The translations under genes were made by a program, and so were the position numbers. 64,000 nt of DNA from NCBI RefSeq assembly GCF_009914755.1, contig NC_060932.1. One strand, 5' to 3'. The notes below the pieces were generated by a model. The model was not told the origin of the DNA, searched no databases, and saw only the letters and a list, made by a program, of their open reading frames with translations. Of this stretch, positions 39,396-55,512 are shown piece after piece. Position 1 is the stretch's first letter. Every line of letters starts with the position of its first letter. The DNA is from the human T2T-CHM13v2.0 reference genome, Homo sapiens.

Positions 39396-40335
39396 TAGTA
39401 AAAGTGCCTCTTCCCAGGCTATGGCCTTGTTGGGGTTGGGGAAAACTGAGATGGCAGCGGGGACTTTCCCAGGAGCCTGGTCTGTACCCAGTTCTCTCCC
39501 ACCTCGTCTTTTTCCTTGTCTGACCAAACACAAGTTGAACTGAGAGTCTGAGTTTGAATCAAGTTCAAGGGGAAGTTCATGGAGCGTCCCCTTTGTGCTT
39601 CCTGGGAGGGCTCCCGATCAGTCATGTTTCGGGTGATTCTGGGATGCTGATTCAGAATGTGGTAGGATTGGAAAATGGATTGGTGACTGTGAAAGGTCAA
39701 GTAAGGGGAAAAGCATATGGGGAGGGAAGTCAGAACTTTTTCCCAGCTTGGGGGATACTCTTCTTACTTTCAGAGGCTGCCTGCAGGGTCAGTCCAAGCC
39801 ATCCGCCTCCCTGTCCTAGAAAAGCCTTCTGTTTAAAAGCATCACAGAGCTAGTTCATGGACTGTCCTACGAGTGTGCTCTTTTTCCTTGAGTTGGCTAA
39901 TGAAGAATTCCTTTCTTTTTCCTTAGAGATATAGAAAAAGAAAGGAAGAAGGGTAGGAAGGATGGAGAGGGGAAACTATGTTTTGGAAAAAACTAGACTT
40001 TTAATCAATAAGACAGGCAGACTCCTGGCTTATATAGATCATGGCTTCTTTGCTGAAAAGTTTGTTTCTGTATCATACAGTCAGAAATGCTTATGTTTGA
40101 GGGGCTTCCAGTAGTGACTATTACATGCTGCAGCAAATTATCCTCCCAGATTTCTCAGGGTTCCTGTGAACAACTGTATAGAAGAAATTTGTACACGTAT
40201 ATAGTATTCATATTGCTAGACCCAACCTGAGTGTAATTGAGTCTCCTATAAGCAGTTTTGCTGATTAGCTTCTTATTCTGATAAACCTTGGTAAACCCGT
40301 GAAAAGAGAGAGTGATGAAAAGAGAGAGGATGGAT

Positions 40336-41288
<953 letters not shown>

Positions 41289-42014
41289 TCATCTGGGTCA
41301 TTTAGGGGAAATTTCTGCAGTTCCATGGTGATTTTAATCACTAAATATCAACTAAAAATCAACATCCCTAAAAATGTGGTTACATAATAACAGAACTCAC
41401 AGAAAGTGAGAAAGAGTAGCTTAGGTAGGTCGTGACATGCAGCAACAAGGAGTCAGGCAGTTCTAGAGCCAAATCACTTAATTTTAATGAGCTTGAGTTG
41501 ACCTCATCTATAAAGTGGAGAAAATCATGCCTGGTTGATAAGATTAGTGATAATGCAGCAAAGAGCTTATCAGTGCATTGCCTGGCACTGAATGGTGGCC
41601 CAGAGAAACTGTAACTGCTGGTATCTCTCAGCCAGAAAGAAAATAGAAGGCGGAATTTCTGGCCTGATTTGGAGGGGTAGGGAGGGGGCAGAGGACGTCC
41701 TTGTCTATGTAAACTGAGTGTGCAGTCCAGGAAGAGAAGGTCTCGTTGTCTTTGTGGGGGCCCAGCATAATCAGGGTGCTCTTATTGTTTTGAACAGACA
41801 CCAAATGACAGGGCTGTCATATAGCTCTGAGCTCGGATCCTTAGGTCTTTCTTACTCTGAAAGCTGTAGAAGTGGGAGAGGACCTTAGCTTTTCTCTCGA
41901 AGTCCCGGTGACGTCCCGGCAGATAGATGTAGGGTGTTGCGTTCTCCTGAAGGTGGGGCATTGTGATGCTGGGGCACTGGTGGGAAGTCAGAGTTTAGTA
42001 GACATTCAGCTGTT

Positions 42015-42330
<316 letters not shown>

Positions 42331-43179
42331 TAATCCTGGCTTTGGGTAAATGACTCAACTGTTCTGGACCTCTTTTTTTTTTTTTCTTTCTAACAAAATG
42401 AAAGATTTCCTCAGCATTTGCAGACTCTAGTATAAATGAGTGAAGTGGGCAAGGAGGAGGAAACAGGGCAACAGGAATGAGGATAAGTGACATTTGACCC
42501 CTGGCCTCTCCCGTTCTGCTGGGGAGAATGGTAGGGACTGTGCAAACACAATGTATTTTCTATCTAAAAGGGAACTGCTGCATAGCTGAAAATCTGGATT
42601 TTTCTGTGAAATATCCCAAAACTTAGATGCAGATTTTAAAAAATACTGCATGTGACTAACAAAACATTGTTTGGGCAAAGTCAGTGGGTGGGCCACCAAT
42701 TTGCAACCTCTGGCCTGTGATTTCCAACTAACAATAAAAATTTTATGATGATTTGATCAGCTGTGGTACCATATCTCTGTCAAGGAAGAGCAAAGATAGC
42801 TCATTCTTCCAAAAGGGCTCTGTGTATAATTATTAGTAACAACGTGGGAAGCCTTAATTATAATATTTTGTAATATGTTTTTCTTTTTAGTTGTGTTTCT
42901 AAAGCATTTAATGTACTCTATCATTTGATAACCACAACGATGGTTATGATAAATATTATTCCACTTTTCATTTTATGCATGAGACGGTTTAGGCCTAGAA
43001 AGGTTTGATGGTTGCCAAAGGTCTCTCAGGTGGTTCGTGAGAGGTGAAGGGTTATACCACACATCTTCTGGCTCCAGACTTCATGGACCCCTTGTTCTGT
43101 CTCTACAAAGGCATGCATGCATTTTTACCTGTTCAATCTGCCCAGAATGCCTTCTCCCAGCTTCATGTTCCTGGTTCCT

Positions 43180-43480
43180 TTTATTTAGTTTTTTATTTTG
43201 TATTTTTTTCGAGACAGGGTCTCTGTCACCTAGCCTGGAGTACAGTGGTGTGATTATAGCTCACTTCAGCCTCCAATTCCTGGGCTCAAGAGATTCTCCT
43301 ACCTTGGCCTGTTGAGCAGCTGTGTGCTACCACACCTGGCTAATTTTTTTTTTCATTTTTAGTAGAGATGGGATCTCACTATGTTCCCCAGGCTGGTCTT
43401 GAACTCCTGGGCTCAAGTGACCCTCCTGCCTTGGCCTCCCAAAGTGCTGGGGTTACAGGTGTGAGGCCCCGGACCTGGCC
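43180..43480 (-). mobile_element. Alu (J-like)
   Basis: Antisense body. Confidence 0.88.
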
Positions 43481-43997
43481 CCCATCTCCTGCTTACCCTC
43501 CAGGTTGCCGTTTGAGTGTCTCCCTGCCTTCTCCTCTAGAGACCTCCCTGCCCACTCTGTTTCCAGCAGGTCCCCTGCTGTGCGCTGCCTCAGCTCTCTT
43601 GATCTTCTTTGTGCCACTCACCACCATTTGTAATTACTCTGTTTGTTTTACGTTTTTTTTTTGTCATTCCCCCTACTAGCATGTAAGTGCCGTGAAGGTG
43701 GGGACCCACGTGTGTTTCGCTTGACACTTTATCTTTGGTTTCTAGCCAGGGAAGGGCTGGCTCATAAGTAGGCGCTCAAGAAATTCCTGGAGTCAGTTTG
43801 TATCTGTGTAGGGGGAGGGCGTTGCTGGTTGAGATGCTCATATTCAGATTTGGACTGTGGAAGGCTTGGGGAGGACACGCAAGTCTGACTGTAATTTGGC
43901 ACATGAGCTTTTCTCACGGCAGCCCCATTCTGTTTTGGGCTCCCCATGTTTCCTAAATGTTCTGTTCCCCATTGATTGTTGCTGCCGCTCACCCCAG

Positions 43998-44138
43998 GTT
44001 CCCAAAGGTGGGGGCCTACCCATGACCACTGAAGTTCTCAAGAGCTTAGCAGCTCCTCCAGCCCTGGAGAAGAAGCCACAGGTGGCCTACAAGACGGAGA
44101 TCATTGGAGGGGTGGTGGTCCACACACCCATCAGCCAG
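43998..44138 (+). CDS. PLEKHA2: Coding exon 5 (141 nt, linker)
   Basis: ccccag|GTT, VPKGGGLPM...GGVVVHTPISQ, CAG|gtgagg. Confidence 0.96.
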
Positions 44139-44594
44139 GTGAGGGGCCTGACTGGGGCTGCGGGGGGAGTGGGGGTGTGGAAGTGTCCATGGTGTGCCCA
44201 TGATGTGCTCGGAGCACTGTACTGGGGAAAAGGAGGGTGGGAGTGGGGGGCAGCTGGTGCCAGTGGAGCCATCAGGAAAGTACAGGTCATGTTACATCCC
44301 CATTCATGGGTGTTAGTGACGGCAGTGCGGAAGTGGAGGCTGCTGCATCTTGAAGCCATGTGGCCTGTGCAGTTCTGTGCCGAACACGGGAGACACAGAA
44401 GATGAGGGCTTGTGAAACCATAGGAAATGGGACAGAGCATGGCAAACAAGGCTGGAAACCAGCCTGGTGTCCCTGCTGGTTCACATTCCCTATCCTTCCC
44501 TTTCTCCTGGGTCGGCCCAACCTCCCTGATGCTGGTTCTGTGAAAGTACCCAGTAGAGTGCATGACAGAGAAAGGAAAGGTTTATTTTCCTGTT

Positions 44595-45195
44595 TTAATT
44601 ATTTATATTTATTTAAGTTTTTTTTTTTTTTTTTTTTTTTTGAGATGGGGTGTCCCTCTGTCACCCAGCCTGAAGTGCATATACACATAATCACGGCTTA
44701 TTGCAGCGTCTGCCTCCTAGGCTCATGCAATCCTCCTGCCTCAGCCTTCCTAGGCTCAAGTGATCCTCCCACCTCATCTGGGACCACAGGCATGTGCCAC
44801 CACGCCTGGCTAAATTTTTTTGTATTTTTTGTTGGAGATGGGGTTTTGCCATGTTGTTATTTAATTTTTTTAGAGACAAGGTCTCGCTGTGTTGCCCAGA
44901 CTGAAGTGCAGTGGTGCAATCATGGCTCACTTCAGTGTCAGACTCCTGGGCTGAAGCCATCCTCCAACCTCTGCTTCCTGAGTAGCTGGGACTACACGCC
45001 TGGGTAATTCTTTTTTTTAATTTTTAAATTTTAAAATCAAAATTAAACAAAAATTTTAAAACAATTTTTAATTTTTTTGTAGAGACTGGGTCTCACTGTG
45101 TTGTCCAGTCTGGTCTAGAACTCCTGGGCTCAAGCGATCCTCCTGCCTTGGCCTCCCAAAGTGTTGGGATTACAGGCGTGAGCCACTGTGCCCAC
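44595..45195 (-). mobile_element. Composite antisense AluJ-like cluster
   Basis: Several partial arms with an internal duplication of cctaggctca. Confidence 0.85.
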
Positions 45196-45313
45196 CATTT
45201 ATTTCTTCTTTGACTTAGGGCAAAGAGGCCAGAGATTCAGGCAGAGGGAGGTAGGTGGGGCTGTGGCTGCATAGAGGGAGGGAGGCGCTGATACTGACAC
45301 TGTTTCCTTGCAG

Positions 45314-45460
45314 AACGGTGGGGATGGGCAGGAAGGGAGTGAGCCCGGGTCCCACACCATCCTTCGAAGGTCTCAGAGTTACATCCCCACGTCAGGCTGC
45401 CGTGCTTCCACTGGGCCTCCCCTCATTAAGAGTGGTTACTGCGTGAAGCAAGGGAATGTG
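45314..45460 (+). CDS. PLEKHA2: Coding exon 6 (147 nt, start of PH2)
   Basis: ccttgcag|AAC, NGGDGQE...IKSGYCVKQGNV, GTG|gtgagt. Confidence 0.96.
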
Positions 45461-45783
45461 GTGAGTGTCAGCACAGGGGCTGAATTGGGGTTCTGGTGAC
45501 TCCTCAGAGCCAGTGGCTGTAGACATAGCAGAGGTGAGAGGGGATTGACAGGAGGTGCCTCAGTCCTCCATGGAGCCTCCACCTTTGAGGGTGAGATTTT
45601 GGGACTGACCTTTGGCTCCCACCTGTCAGAGGTGTTGCCCCTGATATGAAGAAGCCCTTGCCCCTGCTGAATGTGGGAGCCGGACTTCCATGGGGCTGGG
45701 TCCTTGGGAGCTTAGCATGAGTACACCCTCCACAATGCTGGGCACCTCTCGCTAATGGTCTGCCTTTTATTTTTTTATTACAG

Positions 45784-45852
45784 CGGAAGAGCTGGAAACG
45801 TCGCTTCTTTGCACTTGATGACTTTACCATCTGCTACTTCAAGTGTGAGCAG
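45784..45852 (+). CDS. PLEKHA2: Coding exon 7 (69 nt)
   Basis: ttattacag|CGG, RKSWKRRFFALDDFTICYFKCEQ, CAG|gtttgt. Confidence 0.96.
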
Positions 45853-46061
45853 GTTTGTAGTAGCTTTGCTGCCCTTCTGAGAGGTCATGGAAACTAAGAG
45901 GTGCATAGGTGCACACCCACAGGAGAGCGTGCATGAGTGGAGATGTGGGCACACAAAGACTTCAAAGGCGCCTCTGTCTTATCTCCATTCTGTGCACACA
46001 TCTTTACAGTGACACTAAAGTGTCCTCTCTGCAGTGAGCTGCTGTGTGGTCAGAGTCATAG

Positions 46062-46307
<246 letters not shown>

Positions 46308-46444
46308 TGATTATTTTGAGACCAGATTATTTGTCAACCTGATTTTAGCCAACCATCTCTGAGAAAGGGGTATTGGTCAGCTGGTCTGGGTCGTGATATG
46401 ACACAGACAGCCTCACTTACCTGTCTTTCTGTTCTTTCCACCAG

Positions 46445-46515
46445 GACCGAGAACCACTGCGCACCATATTTCTTAAGGATGTTCTGAAGACCCATGAATG
46501 TCTGGTCAAGTCTGG
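46445..46515 (+). CDS. PLEKHA2: Coding exon 8 (71 nt)
   Basis: ttccaccag|GAC, DREPLRTIFLKDVLKTHECLVKS plus GG, GG|gtaatt, phase 2. Confidence 0.95.
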
Positions 46516-47892
46516 GTAATTGTGTCTGCTTTTTCTCTTCTAATCCAAACCTCCATTTGTCCTCTTAAATCTCCCTTTACTACCCTTCAGAGACTCTATG
46601 CAAGAGTCATCTTCTTCCAAGAGCCAGGCACAGGAGCCTAACACCTTGTGGCTGACTCACTGCATCCAAGCTAACACAGGGAGGAGACCGCCCTGGGCAC
46701 ACTTGCCCTCTTCCCATACCTTACTCTGGCTCCTAAGCAGATAGGCCTACGTAATAGTTTCTGGTGGGCAAAAAGAAAGGGTATAGAAACAAAGAGTGGG
46801 GCTCCGAAGCTTCTCAGGTGTTAGGATTAGATGCTCAATCCCTAGCAGAACACAGGCTCAGAGGAGAGACCACGCCTCTAGGTCACTCACCTCAGTGCTT
46901 CTGGTCAGATCACTGTACTAGTGCCTCTTCCCTGACCTTCTTATTCCTTTTCTCCTCCTTTTGACCCTGATGTCCCATTAACACAAGGTGATTCATAGCA
47001 TCTCTGTGTTACTCCCACTGGGAAGGAAGAACAGGTATTTTAAAGGGATTCCTCTGTCCACTAGGAAATAGTTACCTTCCAAGTGCCACTTTGCATAGGA
47101 TGAGTTTGGGACCTGGCAAGGGATCTCCTAGGTCCAACACCAAATACAGATGCCTATAGAACTAAACTTTAGAGACCCTAAGGGTATTGGGACATCCAAA
47201 AACCCTTTTTCTGGCCACCAATCTGCAGTCTTTAGAGACAGGGTGTTTGTGTCCCTCCGTCTCATGGCTTGTACAAGCAGAACCCTCAGATATCATCAGG
47301 AAAGCTGTTCACAGCAGGCCGACTCTTCTCCCATGAAGGCACAAACAGTCTTGCATGAAAACAACATGCTGTGTGACCCAAGGGGGCAGAGACAGAAGCA
47401 CTCTCCCGAGTCTTGCAAATGGCAGTTGCAGAGTACAGAAGACTGGGGAGGTTCCCAGTGACTATTTATAATTCGGGAAAGTAGCTATAGATGGAAATTC
47501 CAGAAGTGTGGCTCTAGAAGTAGGCAGAGGGAAGATTGGGCATGATGAGATCCTTGATTGTACTTGACCCTGGAGGGCCCTTGCAGATGTGAGACCACCT
47601 GGGCACATGGGGGAAGCTTAGAGAACCATAAGGAACTTACGGTTAAATCCTAAGAATGCCTTGAACTTTCTCTAACTCTCTAACTCTGCCAGAGTCACAC
47701 TAAACTGAGTTAAGGAAGTCAGGGACTAGCAGGGAAGGAAGGTCCTTAGGGCTCTGCAGCTTCCATGCCTGTTAGACTGCTTGGCCTCCCTGGAACCCAG
47801 TCCAGGGTTTTAGGATATCTTGATAATCAATTAATATTTGTTGAAAGGCACCATGTAGCCTGGTGCCGTTTTAAAAAAATATATATCTTTTT

Positions 47893-48421
<529 letters not shown>

Positions 48422-48967
48422 TCACCTCCTCAATAGTTGTTTATGTGACTTTACTGGCTATGCATGAGTAGAATTTGAAAGGCTAAGACATTTTAGCCAG
48501 AAAGAGGCATTTTTTATTCAGAAACTCAGAAAGTAATCATAGTTGGTGAAATTTGCTTCAAGTGACTATTCTGTGACATACATTATGCCGGATGCCTTCT
48601 GTACCTTATAACTAACTGGTCTTTGTAGTGACCAGCCTGATCAAGGGGGTCCTCTTATTTGTCTCTGTTTTATACTTGGGGTCACAAAGGCTCCCCAAGT
48701 TTTTACAACATTCTCAAACATCTCTTCCCTACATGTAGTCAGGATTCACCCCAGGTCTATCTGGCCCCTATCCTGTTGTTCTTGCTCATGGATCTCTGGT
48801 CTCATGCACTCCTTTGCCCAGGTACCTGTGGCACTGGCCGAGGTAGTGCCATTTTCTTGCAGGCTTTCTCATTCATAAAGCCAACCCCACCTGTGATCAG
48901 TCCTTTCCAACTCTTGGCATATAACACACAATCTAACATCTGATGGTACAGTTTTGCTTCCTTATGT

Positions 48968-49253
<286 letters not shown>

Positions 49254-49664
49254 CTTATGTTCTTTCACTGGGTAGGAATTAGATCTTTTACTCCTTATGT
49301 ATTCCCCGCAGTGGCTGGGGATATACGCGGCAGGCATTTAACACTGGGAAATAACTTGGGCTGCTTTGAGGTTTGTCACTGAGCATCATCTACTCCCCGC
49401 CCTCTTCCTTGCAGAAGTCAGGATTTCTTTTCCAAAACCCACACCCAGCAGTGTCCCCTAAAGGAGTGCCCTGAGGTCATCTCCTCTCCCCTTGCTTTCC
49501 TCCTCTTTAGCTCTTTGTCTCCTGGGCCCCGCACAGTGAGGCAAGGAGCAGGAGCTGAGTGAGGTTGATGGGGCTGCTGTGAGGGTGGAGGAGACGGTTT
49601 AGGGAGCGGAGAGTTGGCTCCCTTAGGAGAGGCCAATGGCAGTGGAGTAATTAAAAGCATAGGC

Positions 49665-49910
49665 TCACTGGGTTCAGTGGCTCATACCTGTAATCCCAGG
49701 ACTTTGGGAAGCTGAGGCAGGCAGATTGCTTGAGCTCAGGAGTTCAAGACCAGCCTGAGCAACATGGAAACACCCTGTCTCTATGACAAATACAAAAATT
49801 AGCCAGGAGTGGTGGCATGTGCCTGTAGCCCCAGTGAGCCATGATTGTACCACTGTACCCCAGCCTGGGCAACAGAGCGAGACCCTGTCTCAAAAAAATA
49901 AATAAATAAA
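49665..49910 (+). mobile_element. Alu with a right-arm deletion, followed by a MIR remnant
   Basis: Sense body; MIR core ttcctcatctgtaaaatgggg at about 50000. Confidence 0.85.
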
Positions 49911-50470
49911 GCAGAGACTCTGGAGTCAGACCTAGGTTCCAAATCTCCAGCAACTTGGAGGAGTCATTTAAGCTCTGACCCTGAGTGTGGGTCTGGGTTT
50001 CCTCATCTGTAAAATGGGGGAAGTCTTAAGTGCCCCCCGGGGCTGTTGTGAAGATTAGATGAAATAATCTACAAAAAAGCACCCGAAACGGTGCTTCCCA
50101 CAAAGCACTTCATACACCTTAGAGGGAAGGAGGGAGGCAGGAAGGAAGGAAACTGTAGGAGATGGTGGTGGTGGGGTTGGATATTAGGCAGGAGGTTTTG
50201 GAGGGAAAGGAGCTTGTTAGAACTGCTGGTGGGAGAGGGGCCTGGGGAGGGTCCATCTGGATGGCAAAGCCTCCTGAGACCCTCTAGGAAATGAAACTAG
50301 AGGAAACCCCTGGAGTGTTTTTCAAGGCAGGAGCTGAAGGAAGAATGGCTTGGAACCACCCCCCACCCATCTTCCTTTTTTATGGTAGAGGGCACTGGGG
50401 TCTTAGGACATATCGAGTCCTCTCTGAGTATGTCAGCACGCCATAACATTCTTTCTCTTTCTCTGTCTAG

Positions 50471-50534
50471 TGATCTCTTAATGAGGGACAACCTGTTTGA
50501 AATAATAACAAGCTCCAGGACCTTCTACGTACAG
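50471..50534 (+). CDS. PLEKHA2: Coding exon 9 (64 nt)
   Basis: ctgtctag|T, (G)DLLMRDNLFEIITSSRTFYVQ, CAG|gtaaaa. Confidence 0.95.
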
Positions 50535-50991
50535 GTAAAATGCTCCCTTCCAGAAGACTCCAGCATTCTGTTTCTGTGAATGGTGCCCTCACAGGCCGTG
50601 TCCTTTCCTTTGCTTTCTCTTTTCATTTGCTTGAAGTTTCTAGGCAGTAAATTTAGCCCCTGAGAGTCAGTCTGAGTCCCATTTCATCCTAAACAGGATG
50701 TTTGCCAAAAGCTTCCCAACCATAAAATAATGAAAGCAGGTTGAGCCGCTCTACTGAGGAATGTGAGTGTGTACCAGTTGCTCTCAGCTGCTGGGCTCCA
50801 GCTAAGCAGAGAAAAGGAGAACCGGTCAATGATTTCACTTCTCCTTTGGAGGGTATTTATAAGTCTCGTCTGTGTGTGGACATCACTGTGTGCGGAAGGA
50901 CAAAAGCACAGAGGGCCCTGTGCAGGCACCAGGTGCAGAGCCCAGCTGCACAGAGGAAGCCATTGTTCAGGCTCTGATGGTTCACTTATCA

Positions 50992-51547
<556 letters not shown>

Positions 51548-53429
51548 CTAAAGCTTTTCAAGCTCCCGCTGCCCTTTCTTCTGGGCCTCGAGTGTCACTC
51601 CCTGTTAAGCAACCTCCCTTCCCCAAGGAGCTGGTCCGCTTTCCCATTTCTTGGGCAGCAATTCCTGTCACAACTCCTTCCGCCGAGCCCAGCACGTGTT
51701 TGAGTAACTTAGTCATCTCGGGGCTATATCCATTTGGACAAGCACATACCATCCAGGAAGAGACAGCGGAGTGGGGGCTTGGGAGTGAACTGGAGCTGTG
51801 GAAAGGGCTGCCATGGGCATCGGAGCTACTAATTCACCAGCAACACTGCCACTCAGGGACAAGGTTTAACCTGTAGATTGCTCTACAAGTTTGTAGTTCT
51901 TGCATTCAACAGATATTTGTAGAGTATCCTCAGAGTGCTGGGCATTTTGTCTCAGGCTGGGGACACCAGGTTAAACAGAACAGATCCCGAACCCAAGAGA
52001 GAGAGAGCTCGTCAAGTCCATAGGCAGTTAAACTGTGGCATGGCGCAGGGGAGGGAGTGCTGGGGGAGATGGAGCACAGGGGAGTTTGCAGACAGTGAAA
52101 CGATTCCGTATGACACTGTGATGGTGGGCGTGTGATGAAGAACTTGACAGCACAAAGAATTGACCTAATGTATGCAAATTGAGAAAAAAATTTAGGAGGT
52201 CAAGTGATCCTAGCAGGAAATGCAGAATGTGACAGTAATCGAAATGTATTACAGGTCCTCCCTGAAGTGGGTAGGGGAATACAAAATAAAAAAAAAAATG
52301 GTGTGATAAGTGCTACTGCCATTAGACTGAAACGTGAACCATAAGCAGGTCGCCTCACCCAGTCTTAGGGAGTTGGGGAGGGTTTCTGAAGAAAGATACA
52401 GCTAAGCTCAGTCTGTTGGGGGAAAAGTGGCCCAGGCAAAGGAAATAGGAGGTATTTTTTTAAAGCCTGGTAATAAAAGGAGCAAAGGGCCAAAAGGAGG
52501 CTGGACAGTTAGGCACGGAGGACCCTCATATGCCTTATTGAAGAGCTCGTATTTTATCCTTAGAATTAATGCCCTTAGAGGTTAAACAAAGGGCTTGATC
52601 TGATCTGCCTTGCCATTAAAAAATACCACTTGGGCAAGTTATTTAACTTCAGAGCCTGTTTTCCTCATCTGTGAAATGGAGATGATGATCTTCAACCCCA
52701 GCCCTTTTAATGACATGCTGTCAAGGATTGCCTGGCCCTGTGCAGTGTGGAGGACAGAAGAGAAAAGGCTAAGATAGGATGAGAGAGAACAGTTTGAAGG
52801 CTGTTGTTAATAATTTAGTGAAGGATAAAGGAAGCCTGAATGAGGGTAGATGGAGAAAAGTGGAAAATTTGAGAGATATTAAAAAGGTATATTTTCCAGG
52901 ACTTGAGAGTCAGTCGGATGAAGGGAGAGAGGACAGGTATGCCCGGATGTTTGGCTGGAGCCTCAGGATGGCTCATGGCACCAGTCATTGTAACAGGAGC
53001 ATGGGAGGAGGAGCTGTTGAGAGGAAACACAAGGTTAGCATGGGTGGTTCAGAGTTTACAGTGCCTGCTGGACATCCAAGGAGATGTGCTATGAAGACCA
53101 TTGGATACACACTGCTTGGCATGTTGCTGACACTAAATAAATATTTGCTAAGGGAATGATTGTGCTGGTTGAGTTCAGGAGAGAGCTTTGGACTAAAGAC
53201 AGCAATTTGGGAAACACGAAACCCAACCAAAAAATGTTCCAAAGATAATCTACATGAGTGTATGCACATTTACCAGAAGATTCTAATCACCCCATCTTCC
53301 ATTGCCTTCTGCTTCCCACATTTCTGGGATAAGAGAACACTAGCGTCACACTGAATAAGTAAACGAGAGGGAGGACAAATCTGTTTACAGCACCTAACTC
53401 AAAAAACAGTGGAAAGAGAATAGTATAGA

Positions 53430-54400
53430 TTAAAAATCACTTAAAATATTTATCAATTCATTAAAAATAGCAACTATCAAGCTGGGCACCATGGGATGCA
53501 CCTGTCGTCCCAGCTACTTGGGAGGCTGAGGCAGGAGGAGAGTTTGAGCCCTGGAGTTTGAAGTTGCAGTTAGCTATGATCTCGCCACTGCACTCCGGCC
53601 TGGGTGACAAATCAAGACCCTTTAAAGACCTTGTCTCAAAAAAAAATGAGCAATCATAAACTCATTATAAGTTAATAAAACAGATTTTGTGAAAAAAACA
53701 TATTTCTAAAAAATAGCAAGAATAGTATTGTTTTTACAGTTTTGCACATCTATCTTTAATGGCTGGCATAATAGAAGACAACAGGATTCTCCTATCTGCT
53801 TCTGCATTCTATCTGTGGCCATATGTTGTTTTGATTGAAGAATATGGAGAAAATCTTGCCTCACACAGATGTGTATTTGGAAAAAAGGAATATTTTAATA
53901 GCCTTTTTAGATAATTGTGGATATTCTTTGATTCTATACCAAAACTTGACAAATGTTAATTTCTTAATGTTTAGGTACAATGTACAATCTGAAGCCATAT
54001 CAAGAAATTTTTATACTCTTACATTAAAATCCATTGGTCAATTTTGCACTTTGAATAGATACTTTTTATCCATGCATGGTTTTTAACAGTATGCATTGGT
54101 CATTTGGAAAACAATGGTCTCACTGAGGTATGCAGATATTCAAAATGTTGACACATTTTATTATGTACTATCCAAAATCACATCATTAAGATATCACCAC
54201 TAATATCATTAACAGTCTTTGAGTGTAGAAAACTATTAAGCTCATGGAGGTAGCCAGAATTTTTTTTGAAATTCTAGTTTTTGCTTTGAAAGCTCAAAGC
54301 TTACTCATTTTGGGGATAAAAATCTACCAAATACCTAACTCGGAATAAGTTTGACTGACAGTTTGTATGTCAGTCATTTGTTCTAAGTAAAAATTGTGTT
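53430..54400. mobile_element. Old DNA-transposon fragment (probably hAT superfamily), interrupted by an Alu monomer at about 53480-53645
   Basis: AT-rich sequence resembling recalled hAT consensus text (tatctgcttctgcattc, acattaaaatccattggtc, atgcattggtcatttggaaaa); family not certain. Confidence 0.5.
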
Positions 54401-54403
54401 TTA

Positions 54404-54719
<316 letters not shown>

Positions 54720-55353
54720 TTACACAAAAGATGAAAGAATATGCCTACTGGTAGAGCTTGGTGCTAAGGTGCTGGCAGTTTTACCCACCATGCCAAAGTG
54801 TCCTTCTGACCTGCTCCCCAAGGTTATGCTCAGTAAATCTGCCAGAAAGAACCGTTCATCCTGAGTATCTAAGAGAGCTAGACCAAAGAGCAGGGCAGAT
54901 CATGGTGGAGAAGACTCCCTAGACAGAAGAGAAAGACTTGGGTTAGATTCTAACCACTTAGATCTTGGTCGTTTAACTGTTTAACTCAGATGTCATATTT
55001 ACGTATAATTTGTACCCTGTGATTTCTCACACTGTAGTAGTCTTTTCTGTTAAGAAAAGCTACCATTTTTTGGACACCTAGATGTCCCAGGCATAGTGCT
55101 AAACAACTTACAGGTAGTATAAGTTAAAGTTTATCACTTTGTAGTATAAGTACTATAAGTAGTATAAGTTTATCACTTAAATCTCAGCCGTCTCTGAAAT
55201 TATCTCCAGTTTACACACAGGAAAAAGAAGGCTTTGAAGGTAAATTATTTGTGCAGGATCATAATAAATCCAGTGAATTATGGAACCAACTGGGAAGCAC
55301 CAGGTGCTGGAGCAAGATTTGCCAACTTGGGTTGTTTGCGAGCAGCCTGGTCC

Positions 55354-55512
55354 AGGCCGGGTGCAGTGGCTCACACCTCTAATCCCAGCACTTTGGGAGG
55401 CCAAAGTGGAAGGATTGTTGGAGCCCAGGAGTGCGACACCAGCCTCAGCAACCCAGTGAGACCCCTGTCTCTAAAAACAAGCAAAAGTAAACCAAAAGAA
55501 AAGAAAAAAATA
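55354..55512 (+). mobile_element. Alu left monomer (FLAM-like)
   Basis: Single arm with A tail, TSD gagcagcctggtcca. Confidence 0.85.
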
